Source of the DNA: Macrostomum lignano
Lineage: Eukaryota
Length of the DNA stretch: 64,000 bases
Reading direction: 5' to 3'
Assembly (NCBI GenBank): GCA_002269645.1
Contig: NIVC01001210.1
Location: 124,001-188,000 of the forward strand
The translations under genes and the position numbers were made by a program. Position 1 is the stretch's first letter. Every line of letters starts with the position of its first letter. The notes beneath the pieces are model-generated. The model was given only the letters and a program-made list of their open reading frames with translations. It did no database searches and was not told the origin of the DNA. Below, one piece after another: positions 1 to 11,243 of this stretch.

Positions 1-848
1 CTTTATGGCGTGATTGCAAAATCATTGTTCACCAAGTTATATTTGTACTTTTATGCCAAAGCCAACGCATCCGCTATCTTTGTGCATGGATCATTTTAGG
101 GACACTCGCACCGGACCAGTTTTGAAAGGCTGATACTTTTATGGCGTGATAAAGTGTGTAAAAAACTGCAAGATCTTCTAACTACTGTCAGTAGCACATG
201 TGCAAAAACCTAGCTATACTCAGTCAACAACATAAAAAAATTCGGCACCTATGAGAGTGCGCAGTAAATTCTAGCTCAGTGTTGACTTTTGAGTGACGCA
301 ACTTGTGTCGCAGAGTTGGGCTGGGCGAGGAGGGATCGGGATGAGTGGAGGACGACTGTTCAATGTTGCCGAGTATATGTGTAGGCTTTTAAAACAGGAA
401 AAAGCAAGTCGATAATACGAGCAAAGGCCGTGACAGGAGCCGAGCCACTGGAGACAGATTGAGCTGCTGACGTGCATAATTTTGCTACTCAAACCTGCGA
501 AACTTGAGTTGAGACGGCATAAAACCAAAGCAGAGCTTTTCCATGTCTATCTCCCACAGTCTCTCGAGTGGTTCGAGTCCAATCGAGCTGTTGAGAGTTT
601 CTCTGCCCTTCACTGCAGCTCCCGCCGCCCCAGGAGAGTGACAGAGGCGCTGCTGTCAACTCGCGAGAGAGAAATATGGCAATAGTAATGCAACCGACAG
701 TGAGTGCCAACTTAGAAAACGGGCAGTGGAGAGGTAAGGAGAGACTGAGAAAGAGATAGCATATAAATTGCCACCCCCATCAGCTGGCAATAGAGAGAGC
801 TAGTTTGAAAGCATTGCACTGGGCTAAAAAAACCAGCTGCCAGCAATC

Positions 849-3554
849 ATGAGCAAGAAGAAGTCGTCAAAGCGCGAGCAGTCGAGAAATCCGGACGATG
901 TGATGAGCTCGCTGACTCAGGAGCAGATTCACGAGTACTATGAGGCCTTCTGCATGTACGATCACGATGGCAGCGGCACCATCGACACTTCGGAGCTGGC
1001 CATCATCATGACGTCCATGGGACAGAACGTCACCGAAGATGAGCTCGAGAAGCTGGTGCACGAAGTGGACGCCGATGGTAAGAGAGCTGGATTCCAACTG
1101 AGCTAGATTCCAACTGAGCTAGATTCCAACTGAGCTAGATTCCAACTGAGCTAGATTCCAACTGAGCTAGATTCCAACTGAGCTAGATTCCAACTGAGCT
1201 AGATTCCAACTGAGCTAGATTCCAACTGAGCTAGATTCCAACTGAGCTAGATTCCAACTGAGCTAGATTCCAACTGAGCTAGATTCCAACTGAGCTAGAT
1301 TCCAACTGAGCTAGATTCCAACTGAGCTAGATTCCAACTGAGCTAGATTCCAACTGAGCTGGATTCCAACTGAGCTAGATTCCAACTGAGCTGGATTCCA
1401 ACTAGCTAGATTCCAACTGAGCTAGATTCCAACTGAGCTGGATTCCACCTGAGCTGGATTCCGACCATGCTGCATGGGATTTCTACTCTTAGTCCCTAAT
1501 TATATCGTGCTCCACTATCAAGCAAAATGAACTCAAAATTCTATATTGCAGGCAGCGGCACGATAGACTTCCCAGAGTTCGTCTCTCTAATGGTCAACCA
1601 CATCAACAAGCCGGTCACAAAAGAAGAGATCAAAAGTGCTTTTATGGTATTCGACATTGACAACAAAGGCTACATACCATCTGAGGAGCTCAGGTTGGTT
1701 ACCGTGGATGTTTTTTTAACAGTAGGAATACCAAGCCATTTTTCGCCCGCCGAACTACCGAGGGGGGGGGGGATTCTCCGCCCCCCCCTTTGACAATTTT
1801 TTTGCTGCGCCGGAACGGGGCAATGCAGGCACACAAAATTCGAGAACACGGGCTAACTTTTTGTTGCGCACCTTCTCAAACAAGAATCAAGTCGCCAGCC
1901 CTCCGGGCCGTCGAGATATTCGACGATTCTGCCAGAAGGTCGGATTAATCCCATAAGCGCTAGTGTATTAAGTACACCCCTGTGCGTCAATCAGCACTGC
2001 GCCTCAGTGCAGCCTTGCCAAGTCTCCAAATTTCATCAGCTCGTCGACCACATGTGTCTACATCAGCTCTGACTTCTTTGGTCACTGGCCTTCACCCAGG
2101 CGGAGCTTCTGGGCCTTCAACAGGTGGCACCAGGTGACTATGAACACCCTGATGCGAATTTCTCTAGTTTTGCCTATCAAGCCTCGACTGTTGGACATCC
2201 TCAGCTGGTTTCTCAAGCATTCCGTTATCACCCGGACGCCGTCGGAACCTTTAAGAAGACAAAAACAGTATGGACACCCATAGTGGATGTGCTGATGAAG
2301 TTTGGATGCTTGGCAAGGCAGTGCTGATGGACGCACAGGGGTGTGCTGAATACACTAGCGCTTATGGGAAAAATCCGACCTTCTGGCAGAATCGTCGAAT
2401 ATCTCGACGGTCCGGAGTGTTGGCAACTTGATTCTTGTTTGAGAAGGTGCGCAACAAAAAGTTAGCCCGTGTTCTCGAATTTCGTGTGCCTGGGAATCCC
2501 CCCCTTGGTAGTTCTACTGTTAATTGGAGAGCAGCACTGCTCCAGATACGAGTACAGTTGTGTTTTCTAAACGGATTTTGCAAAGTTTCGCTTCTTTACA
2601 TAGCTTTTAAAGGGGTTTAGCCAGAGAAACTCTTTCGAGACAAAAACACACTAAAGAGATAGGAACAGCAGGAATTTCGTCAGAAATTATATCGATTGCT
2701 GGCCTTCCGGTCTCCGAAACCTCAGCTTTATAAATTTCTGGTATGCACCTGGAACGAAACACGTTTTTTCATTTGTAATTCCGAAGTCCATGAGAGCTGA
2801 TATTGGGTAATTAATTCTTAAAAAAAACTGAAAACTCCTCACCTCGACAGTATGCAGATTCGTGACTGTATAGTGCCCTTCCTCAGTTATACACGCACCT
2901 CATCTTTGCAGCGGTCTGAGCTCTCAGTCCGATTACAATGACCATTAAAAAAGCCACCGTTCTAACATACATTATAGGACGTAACTCTTAGGTCCAATGC
3001 AATGGTATATAAAAGTCTGATTTCGCTAAAAATACATTTTACTTTGTATGTTGTCCACTAGAAAGATGGACAGAATGGTAAATTATACGCTCTGACTTTT
3101 GCGTCCTTGAAACTGCACGTGTCCTGGAAATTGTGTTAACTTAGAAGAGTTCCAAAACTAAACTCATAAGAAATATTAGCAGCAAAAGTCAAGCAGAATC
3201 CAAGCCAGCCGGCCCCTTCAAATCGATCTTCTTCGACTCGAATTCAGTTGTCAATCCTTCGGTACCAAAACACATTTTATAGAAATAAGAACCGTTCATT
3301 TAAATCGAAATCTAAACATTGTTTTCTACATCTCGCGATAATTTTTTTACGCCCAGTTTGGCCTTAATGTTGTATGAATAGACAGCTCAAAAAAACGCCC
3401 GACAACACATCCCCTTGCTAGGCGCATTTTAACAACCCGCGGCGACCGGATGACCGAGGAGGAGGCCGACGAGATGATCGCCGCGGCGGATCTTGACGGC
3501 GACGGGATGATCGACTACGAGGAGTTCGCCTCGGCCCTGGTGGACTCGGATTAG
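849..3554 (+). CDS. Calmodulin-like four-EF-hand protein, 3 exons (849-1077, 1552-1693, 3422-3554), 167 aa
   Basis: EF loops DHDGSGTIDTSE, DADGSGTIDFPE (split by intron 1), DIDNKGYIPSEE and DLDGDGMIDYEE. GT-AG junctions at 1078/1551 and 1694/3421 are phase-compatible; total 504 nt ending in TAG at 3552-3554. Confidence 0.93.
1085..1462. repeat. 16-bp minisatellite (AGCTAGATTCCAACTG)n, about 23 copies, in intron 1 of the EF-hand gene
   Basis: Direct tandem repeat, nearly homogeneous, with occasional a/g variants. Confidence 0.97.
1720..2519. mobile_element. Foldback/MITE-like non-autonomous DNA element with long (about 200 bp) imperfect TIRs
   Basis: 1826-1998 is the reverse complement of about 2321-2491. 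Ends are CAGTAGGAATACC and GGTAGTTCTACTG; TTAA flanks both sides (1716-1719, 2520-2523). Confidence 0.8.
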
Positions 3555-3959
3555 GGAGGCGGCGCGGTTGATATCCTGACTTGAAATTGTCTGACTGCTG
3601 CTAACACAAGTGCTTAGCAGCCTACTGTTGCACAGTAATAGACGTAACTTTTGTACGTAAAAATATTAAATTCAATGACTGTAGAAAAATCTCGTGCCAA
3701 TTGATTTTAGTTGACGCTGATCTTAAAACTCGCCATCGTGTTTTTCATATCCTTATTTCCTTTGAGTCATATTGAGCGCAAATTGATACCAATATGGATT
3801 TTGAGCTGAAGCTTTGGACGTATGGGCTTTCGCCATAGACAGTAGCTCGAAACCAATGAAAGTCCAGGTAGGGCTGCACTACACTCGCAATACACTACAC
3901 TAGGGGCCCATTTCATATCCCTAGGGGAGGGGGGGGTCGCTACGAACTTTTGTTTCACT

Positions 3960-4243
3960 TGAAACTCCGCTAAGCCTCTCTATCCGGCCCTCGAGCCCTC
4001 ATTGTTTGTTGTCTCCTTTCAGCTCTCTTCTCACTAATACTACTTTTCTTTCCTCTTCTCTTCCTTCTCTCCTCTCCTCCCTCCTGTCCCCTCTGTTCTT
4101 CTATCTGCTGTCTTCCGGCACATCTGCTTTCTTCTATCTCTCTTCTATATTTTCTCTGACCCTCTCCTCGCTCCCCTTCTCTGACTTGCAGCCATGCACT
4201 AGATTCTGCATCTGGCCTTTGAGGTAAAAAAATTGTCGACCCC
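3960..4243. mobile_element. Degenerate hAT-type MITE with CT-rich core (same family as 15470-15815 and 25184-25568)
   Basis: Shared segments TGAAACT..., CCGGCCCTCG and the end ATCTGGCC(C/T)TTGAGGTAAAAAA..G(T/C)CGACCCC surround a CT low-complexity core. Confidence 0.6.
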
Positions 4244-4505
4244 CGTTCTAGGGCTACTGGTTTAATTAACTAAATGGGATCTTGGTGGACTAACTATTAC
4301 AAACTATCTGATTTATCTACTGGCTTATTAACTACCATAGACGCAAAATCACTGACTACAAGGTAAAACCAATCTACATGTAGTAATGTGTTTCGGAGAC
4401 TAAGTCCTTAATAGATCGTACTCCAACTTTTGTAGTTTCCCGTCCTTAGTTATTGAGTAGTCCCTGATCCAAAACGAAAACGTGGATCCTATTCTTAATT
4501 GCATA

Positions 4506-4803
4506 GAAAACTAATTAATAATAATTAATTGATTACACCTGCCCCAATTGGGCCAGATGTGGCAACAGACAGCTCAGCCGCAACTATTGGGCGTCTGAAG
4601 GTTGCATACCACTGTTCTGTCCAAGGACGGGGGTCACACCCTCATACACACCCTCAATCACCCCAATTTGCTGTGCCAATTTTACAGCTGGGGGGGGAGT
4701 TGTTTCTTGCTCAAGGACACAAATTTTTCTAATGGGATCGGGAATCGAACCTCCGACCTTCAAGTCGTAATTCCGACACTCTAACCACTAGGCTATAACC
4801 CCT
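4506..4803 (-). mobile_element. tRNA-derived CORE-like SINE, copy 1
   Basis: The reverse complement aligns over its whole length to the 13090 copy: A/B-box head, CCTTGAGCAAG..CAGCTGTAAAAT core, ATT-rich tail. Confidence 0.8.
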
Positions 4804-6272
4804 TAGAAACCTGCAAACTCCAATCTTTTAATCAATACAAGTAGACCAAAATTATGAAGTGCAATGTTTTGGCAAAAGGCGAATAAACTGCCAACAATTT
4901 TGTTTGAAACTGTGTATTGGTGCCGTCAAAGTTATTTTGAAAATTAAATATTGTGCAGCAAAAGCGAAACAATATAGATATTAAAATTGCAGAATAATAT
5001 AAGATAAGATTTCAAATCGATGATAAAATGAACGTCGACAGTTAAAATGCAATTGCATTAAAAAATACGTAATTTTGAGCTGAGTCGAAACAAGCTTGCG
5101 AAAAGTAACAATAGACCATATCAAGTCAATGCAAAGCTTGTGAATACAAAAGGTGACGTCACGTGATGCCTCGATTGAACTACGAATTTTTGTGAATTAG
5201 TCCAGACAAGATCAGGACTGGAGCGGCCGCTCGCAGTTGGCCTGCGGGTCAAGATTACGGTGGAATAGTAGGGAATAGCCAGCGTTCACGCCAAAATGGT
5301 CTCATTTAGAAACTAGACAGGCATTAAAGCCGCCGGGAAGTTAAGGTCATGGATAACAGGAATAGGCCAAATGGACAAATATTTGGACAAATACGCTTAG
5401 TACACATGATTTGATAGATCCCCATTGGCTTTTTGTCATATATCAGTCTAAATGATTTTTTTGAGATTTTTAGGAAATTACTATTGCACTGAACAGTTTA
5501 ATTTTTACGAGTGTAGCTAAAGATTCGGTAGTTAGCTAAATGTAGTAGTTTGCTAGACTTGGTACACGAGTTAGACCTATATATACAGAATAGAGTCCTT
5601 CCAAAAGTCACCAGACATGTGCATAGCATCTCGTTCTGCTCGAAAAATTGCTTCGGACTTAGAACTACATCTACTCATCAGTATGTACAGTTTCCAACTA
5701 GCCTTGATCCTTGATCTTCGCATGACAGAAGTGTACCACCTACCTACATGGACCACTAGAAACTTACTGCAACTTAAGGAGGATGTAAAATTGCGAATCA
5801 AGAATTAACTACATGCGAGCTCAGCTTACCATTTGGAGTGGCCAATGGTTCATCAATATTGGGCTGCGATGGTTCTGTCAACCACTGCTGCTGCTGCTGC
5901 TGCAACACCGAAGGTTGCGGCGTAACCGGAGGAAGAGACGCTAGCAGCTGGCGAAACTTTATCAACTCTTCCTTCAACACTTGGCGTGTACATTGACAGT
6001 CTTGCAACAACTGCTGAGTGGAATTTTCTGCATTACAGTCTGTTTTACTCCAATAATTCAAGCTGAATTCTATCTGTGTCTGTTGCTGCTTCGCATTGAC
6101 GGCTGCCTCCATTGGCTCCATTGGCATAGTTGGTTGCGAGCAAGTTGCTTTGTTTGTTTTGGTGCAGCAGAGCGACTCTGATTAGGGTCGCTGCTCCACT
6201 AAGTTTATTTTGACATAACGACATGACTGTACATCTTTGCCCCAACCCCCAGTGTCTTTGATTCTTTTAAAC

Positions 6273-6565
6273 CAGGGGTCCCTAACCTTCTATGGGCGAC
6301 GGGCCGCATTGACAACTGGCTTGGGGTGTGCGGGCCTCATGCTCCCCCCTACCCCCCACCCCCAACCCATTTAACCCCCTCCCCCACAACCCCCACCTCC
6401 TTTGCCTTCTACTCTTGACTGCATGTACAATTTGTGCGCTAGGAGTGGCCAAAAAAGCAATCCAAATGAATCGGGGGCCGCAGTGAAATCCAGTGATAGT
6501 CTCGGCGGGCCGCGTGTAATGCAAACTACTGGAACTTGCCGCGGGCCGCAGGTTGGGGACCCATT
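6273..6565. mobile_element. hAT (Charlie-like) MITE
   Basis: Termini CAGGGGTCCCTAACC and GGTTGGGGACCC, with GGGCCGCA subterminal motifs typical of hAT-Charlie non-autonomous elements. Confidence 0.7.
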
Positions 6566-8267
6566 ACACGATTGCTATGTTCGGCTACAGAAGCCACGAT
6601 ATGACATAACCATTAAATCGATTGCAACAATATGCACAAACGTGGGAGGGGAGGTAGGCTGTACATCTTGGAGAATGGAATTGAGCTTTGCAGCCCTTTG
6701 AAGGACACAGGGTGAACAGAGCGGCTTTGACTTTTCTCTTATCGTCAAGCATTTACACTCTGTGCCGTGCGGATTTGGCGATCGTGGGCACAGCAAGCCC
6801 ACTGATAAGAGAAAAGTTGACGAAATTGACAAAGACGACAAGGACGAAGTTGACTTTGACGAAATTGGCGCGAGATTGAGACGCGTGACAGCTGAACTCT
6901 ACCCCCCTCCCTCTCCCACAAAAGTTTAGTCATATGTCTTTGATGCTAGTCTCAGTATCGTGTGCAGAAACCTCGAGCATGCAAATGTGCCATCACTCGT
7001 CGGCCGTCGCGGCATCCTGATCAGCAGCCGTGTTGTTGATGAACTCTTAGGGCAGCTGCTGCCAGGCATACAGAACCGCCAGACGCAACAGTTAGCAGTC
7101 TGCCACTCTTTGCTTTATGAAGTCCCAGACTTGCTCGACATGTCTGGGACTTGTCTGGAGACTGTTTGACTAGCGAGTTGCGTTGAGCCAACCCCCTTAG
7201 GGTGTAGCTTTCGTGAGTATATATTTTCGATTGAACTGTTTTTCATGAATCTTTTAATTGCAGTTGTACTGTTTGCGGCTAACTGCTTGTGTGCACTTTT
7301 TGCACCAAGAATATTCATCTTCTTATCCTTCTACTGTTTGTGGATTACTAGCAGTTTACATCTCCCGTTGGCGAGCAAACAAGGAATGCAATATTTTTTT
7401 AAATAAACTACATGTTGCTGCTTCTGACCGCAGCCTTTATATCTTAGCAATTCCCCCAAGTATTGCCATCTCAACGATTCCCCCCGTAAGCCTTGACATC
7501 TCAGCAATTCCCCCGAGCAAGCATCCCCCAAGAGCAAGCAACACCAGATAGCAAGCATCCCCTCGATAGCAAGCACCGCCAGCAAGCTAGTGCAACAATT
7601 TCCTTAGCTAGTGCAATAATTCCTTTTTTATCTAGTGCAATAATCCCTATCTCAGCTAGTGCAATAATCTTATTTAAATTTCAATTTTCAATGCAAATTT
7701 TTGAGTAACCTACATGTAGCTTCTGACATTAAGCCTTGAAATTTCAGAAATTCTCCCTAAGTTTCACGTGACGCTTCATTTATGTTTTACATGACGCTTC
7801 CTTTTTGTCTGACAAGACTCTTGTTTTTAGGTACAAAAATGCAGGTAGTGGCGTAGAATTCACGTTTGCAAAGAACAGAATACTTGAGGTGCGCTTTGGA
7901 AGCCGTAAACCAAGGATCAGAACCGATGCTAAAATTTCACTATTTTATTACCCTAAAAAGGCATAAAAAGTCTTCAATGCTACTAAACACCAAAGATGCT
8001 GTCTTGAAATGATAAACAGGGATAAATTTTGATTTCATCTAAAAGTTTGCCTATGTCCACGTCTTTGTCTAAAATTTGCTTTATTTTGCTTTATGACCCA
8101 ACCGGGGCTTTTCCGTGAGAAGTTTGCGTCTTGTCTATGCCCCGATCCTTATACTCGTAATTCATAAGCCACTTTAACTTGGATAGACTTAAATGCATTA
8201 TTACCATTGGCATTAAGTGCAGAAATTTCAATAAGAAGAATAGTTAAAATATAGCGATCTGCAAGAT

Positions 8268-9536
8268 ATGTACGCCGGACTAAGCTACAAGAAGCAGTAC
8301 CTGCTGCAGATCACAGACGCCAGCTTGAAAATGTTCAGCGACACGCGCGTCAAGGCCGCCTGCAACCGCACCAGCTGCGTGTTTGCCGTTAAAAACAAAA
8401 TCCTCACCAGAAAGCTCGGAGGCACGCAGGCCATGCGATTCTGCATCTTCGAGATCAAGGGGCCGAGCGAGCTCAGCGTAGACAAGTGCAATCGCATTAT
8501 TGAGCAGCACTTTCCCGACTACAAGCTGCGCAAGGACTACAACGAGAAGGAGGTGGCCGTCAGGCTGAAGGTCGGGCAGTGGACGCCTGACAACACCAGC
8601 CTGTACTTCCTGAACCAGCGCTACGGGCTGGGCAAGGGCCGGCCCGGAGACCTGCAGAGAACTGGGCCAGAGGATGGAGATGGAGCCATGAAGCAGGGTG
8701 AGGAGCTCGTCATGACTCACACCTGAGCCTGAGTTCTGACGTGTGTTTTCGTTCAATATTGGTCTTTTTGGTCCTGTAAACAGATCCTGATCCACCTGAC
8801 ATGGCGCCCCAGCACTGCCAGATGCAGCCTGCAGATTCCTCCCGATCCACCTGACATGGCGCCCCAGCACCGCCAGATGCAGCCTGCAGATTCCTCCCGA
8901 TCCACCTGACATGGCGCCCCAGCACCGCCAGATGCAGCCTGCAGATTCCTCCCGATCCACCTGACATGGTGCCCCAGCACTGCCAGATGCAGCCTGCAGA
9001 TTCCTCCCGATCCACCTGACATGGCGCCCCAGCACTGCCAGATGCAGCCTGCAGATTCCTCCCGATCCACCTGACATGGCGCCCCAGCACTGCCAGATGC
9101 AGCCTGCAGATTCCTCCCGATCCACCTGACACAGCACTGCCAGATGCAGCCTGCAGATTCCTCCCGATCCACCTGACATGGCGCCCCAGCACCGCCAGAT
9201 GCAGCCTGCACATTCCTCCCGATCCACCTGACATGGCGCCCCAGCACTGCTAGCAGTCTGCACCTCCCCCGCCCCGCAGGCAACTCGATAGTGGAGTCCC
9301 TGGCCCGGAGTCTTCAGCAAGACTGGCCCGGCGCAGGGGACCTGGGCGGAGGTGGCGGCCGCCGGCGCTCCGTCAGCCAGGGCCCGCAGCACCGCCGGTT
9401 CACCGGGGCCGCTGCCGCCGCGGCAGCCGAGGAGGAGGCCCTGAGTCGCTACATGGGATTTCGCGAGCGAGAGGAAATTTTGAAAAATGAGATTAACAGG
9501 CTGGAGTCGTACCTGAGCAACCTGCAGTTGGCTTGA
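8268..9536 (+). CDS. Orphan two-exon gene (8268-8697, 9280-9536), 228 aa; possible REC114-like architecture; an upstream exon is not excluded
   Basis: The phase-1 donor CAG G|gtgagg (8698) joins in frame to the acceptor cgcag|GC AAC (9279), linking the 152-aa and 81-aa ORFs. Codons are GC3-rich; total 687 nt. Confidence 0.7.
8790..9250. repeat. 55-bp minisatellite, about 8 units, filling most of the intron of the orphan gene
   Basis: Unit ATCCACCTGACATGGCGCCCCAGCACTGCCAGATGCAGCCTGCAGATTCCTCCCG starts at 8790, 8845, 8900 and onward; one unit is internally deleted. Confidence 0.96.
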
Positions 9537-10842
9537 TGAGGGACTGCCCTGCTCAAACAGGTGAGCGCCAGCTTAAGACAAAGGCCGACCAAAACCTGTG
9601 CCAGAGTTTTAGAAGCCACATCATTTTCTGTTTAGATTTCAGTCCAAGCAGATGGCAACCAGGGAGCCTTCATTGACCTAGCAAAAATGTGTCAACCACC
9701 TTTTGAAACGTCTTTAGCCAAAGAAAACATTTTAAGCACTTACCGACGATTGCATAGTTTATTAGTAGAAGTCTTAGGAAGAATTTTTTGTTAAACAAGT
9801 ATTTAGTTTTCCATTTAAAGCCATTTTTCTTGACTGTCTTCCACATTGTTACTGTGTGAACAATAGGTTTCCACTAGCACTGAAAAGCCTCCCCTTTTGC
9901 CCCTCCCTCTGTGGCGCTCTGCCTTCGGTATTCCATGGAAATTATCTGGTTTTACTATCATCAGCTTCAATCCATTTGTTCGCCGATAATATTTGGATTT
10001 TTTTCTTAAAATACTTTTAGTTGAATTTGTTGCTCCATTTGTCTCGCTTGCTTTATCACGACTATTCAGTCTCCACGAGTTTGTGGCGAAATTAAACCGA
10101 AAAAAATATTAGTGCTCAACCTCGCATGCAAGAAGGGTTTGAGTTGAAGTGCATGCACTCTTACCCTCTCGGTCTGCTTTCTGAAACTTACAATTTTCTT
10201 TGATTGGGACGAAGTTGTAGGCCTTCTTTTCTTTTGCTAATGTTGATGAGTTGTGTAGCGGTCTATCAGGATTTACAATTTTACATGTATGAAGAAGTAG
10301 TAGTTAACGTGGCGAATTACAGGGAGCTGTCGAAATACTGTCGAACACGAGTATTCAATATATTTATCTATTAAGTATTAGAGGCAATACAAAGCCAAGA
10401 CTCAAGAGCGACGACCGAGCGACCAACCAGACAACCAGACAACCAGCTTGGAGCAAAATTCAAAACGTTTTTATAGTAATTTGAAATGGGAGTGTAAATA
10501 TTTAAAAAAAGAGAGTACACTTAATCTGCTTAACGTGTCAAACAATACGCGCAGATGTACGATTAAATAGAATAACCAAATACCAATAATTACTTTGTAA
10601 AGACTTTCACAACGACGGTGGCACACAAAACGATCTACAAAAGCTCAAACCGTCACATAATGAAGTGTGTTTTTTTTTAGTCGTTACTAAATTGATATAA
10701 TAAGTTTTTCTACTAGCAAGCAAGATAGAAGAAAATCACTTTTAAAACTTGCGAGCTATTTACCTGTTTGTCTAGCCCTGCCTCGAGTTGTCTGGCACAT
10801 CGGTGAGAGTGGAATCTGCTGTAGGATTTTTACCAAGGACTA

Positions 10843-11243
10843 CTCAAGTAGGACGGGAAACTAAGTTTGTTGGAAAAAATTAGGAGGCAGGTTTTTCTAA
10901 GAAATACATTACGGAGATAATGTTAACTGTGTAATAAAAATGTAACAGAATGATAACATAGAATCATAAAACTAAAGAGTCGAGCTGTCCCATGCATTTT
11001 TATGATTTTAAAAAATAACATAGAGTCCTAATGTTCTAAACAAAAAACTGTATGAATATCAATAAAATTATAAGTAAGGCAAAACATATCAAAAGATGAA
11101 CATTGGGTCTGCCTCCTATCAAAAGCAATAACAATTTTTGTGCTGAAAAAATGAAAACCTTCTATCTCCGTAATGTATTTTTTAAGAAAAACCTGCCTCT
11201 TAAATTTTCCAAGAAACATAGTTTCCCGTCCTTTCTACTTGAG
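10843..11243. mobile_element. MITE with about 78-bp TIRs
   Basis: 10843-10919 (CTCAAGTAGGACGGGAAACTA...TACGGAGATA) is the near-perfect reverse complement of 11163-11243. A related end lies at about 4433-4463. Confidence 0.75.

Noticed and set aside
6575-7170. Cys-rich (-) and acidic (+) coding-like frames suggesting a RING/B-box or transposase relic
   Set aside because: The Cys/His spacing does not match a defined finger, and the frames conflict and lack splice support.
8280-9392. 370-aa minus-strand ORF and overlapping 174/176-aa ORFs with repeated WGAMSGGSGGICRLH
   Set aside because: They are translations of the 55-bp tandem array (not a multiple of 3, so the peptide cycles through frames) plus the antisense shadow of the + strand exons.
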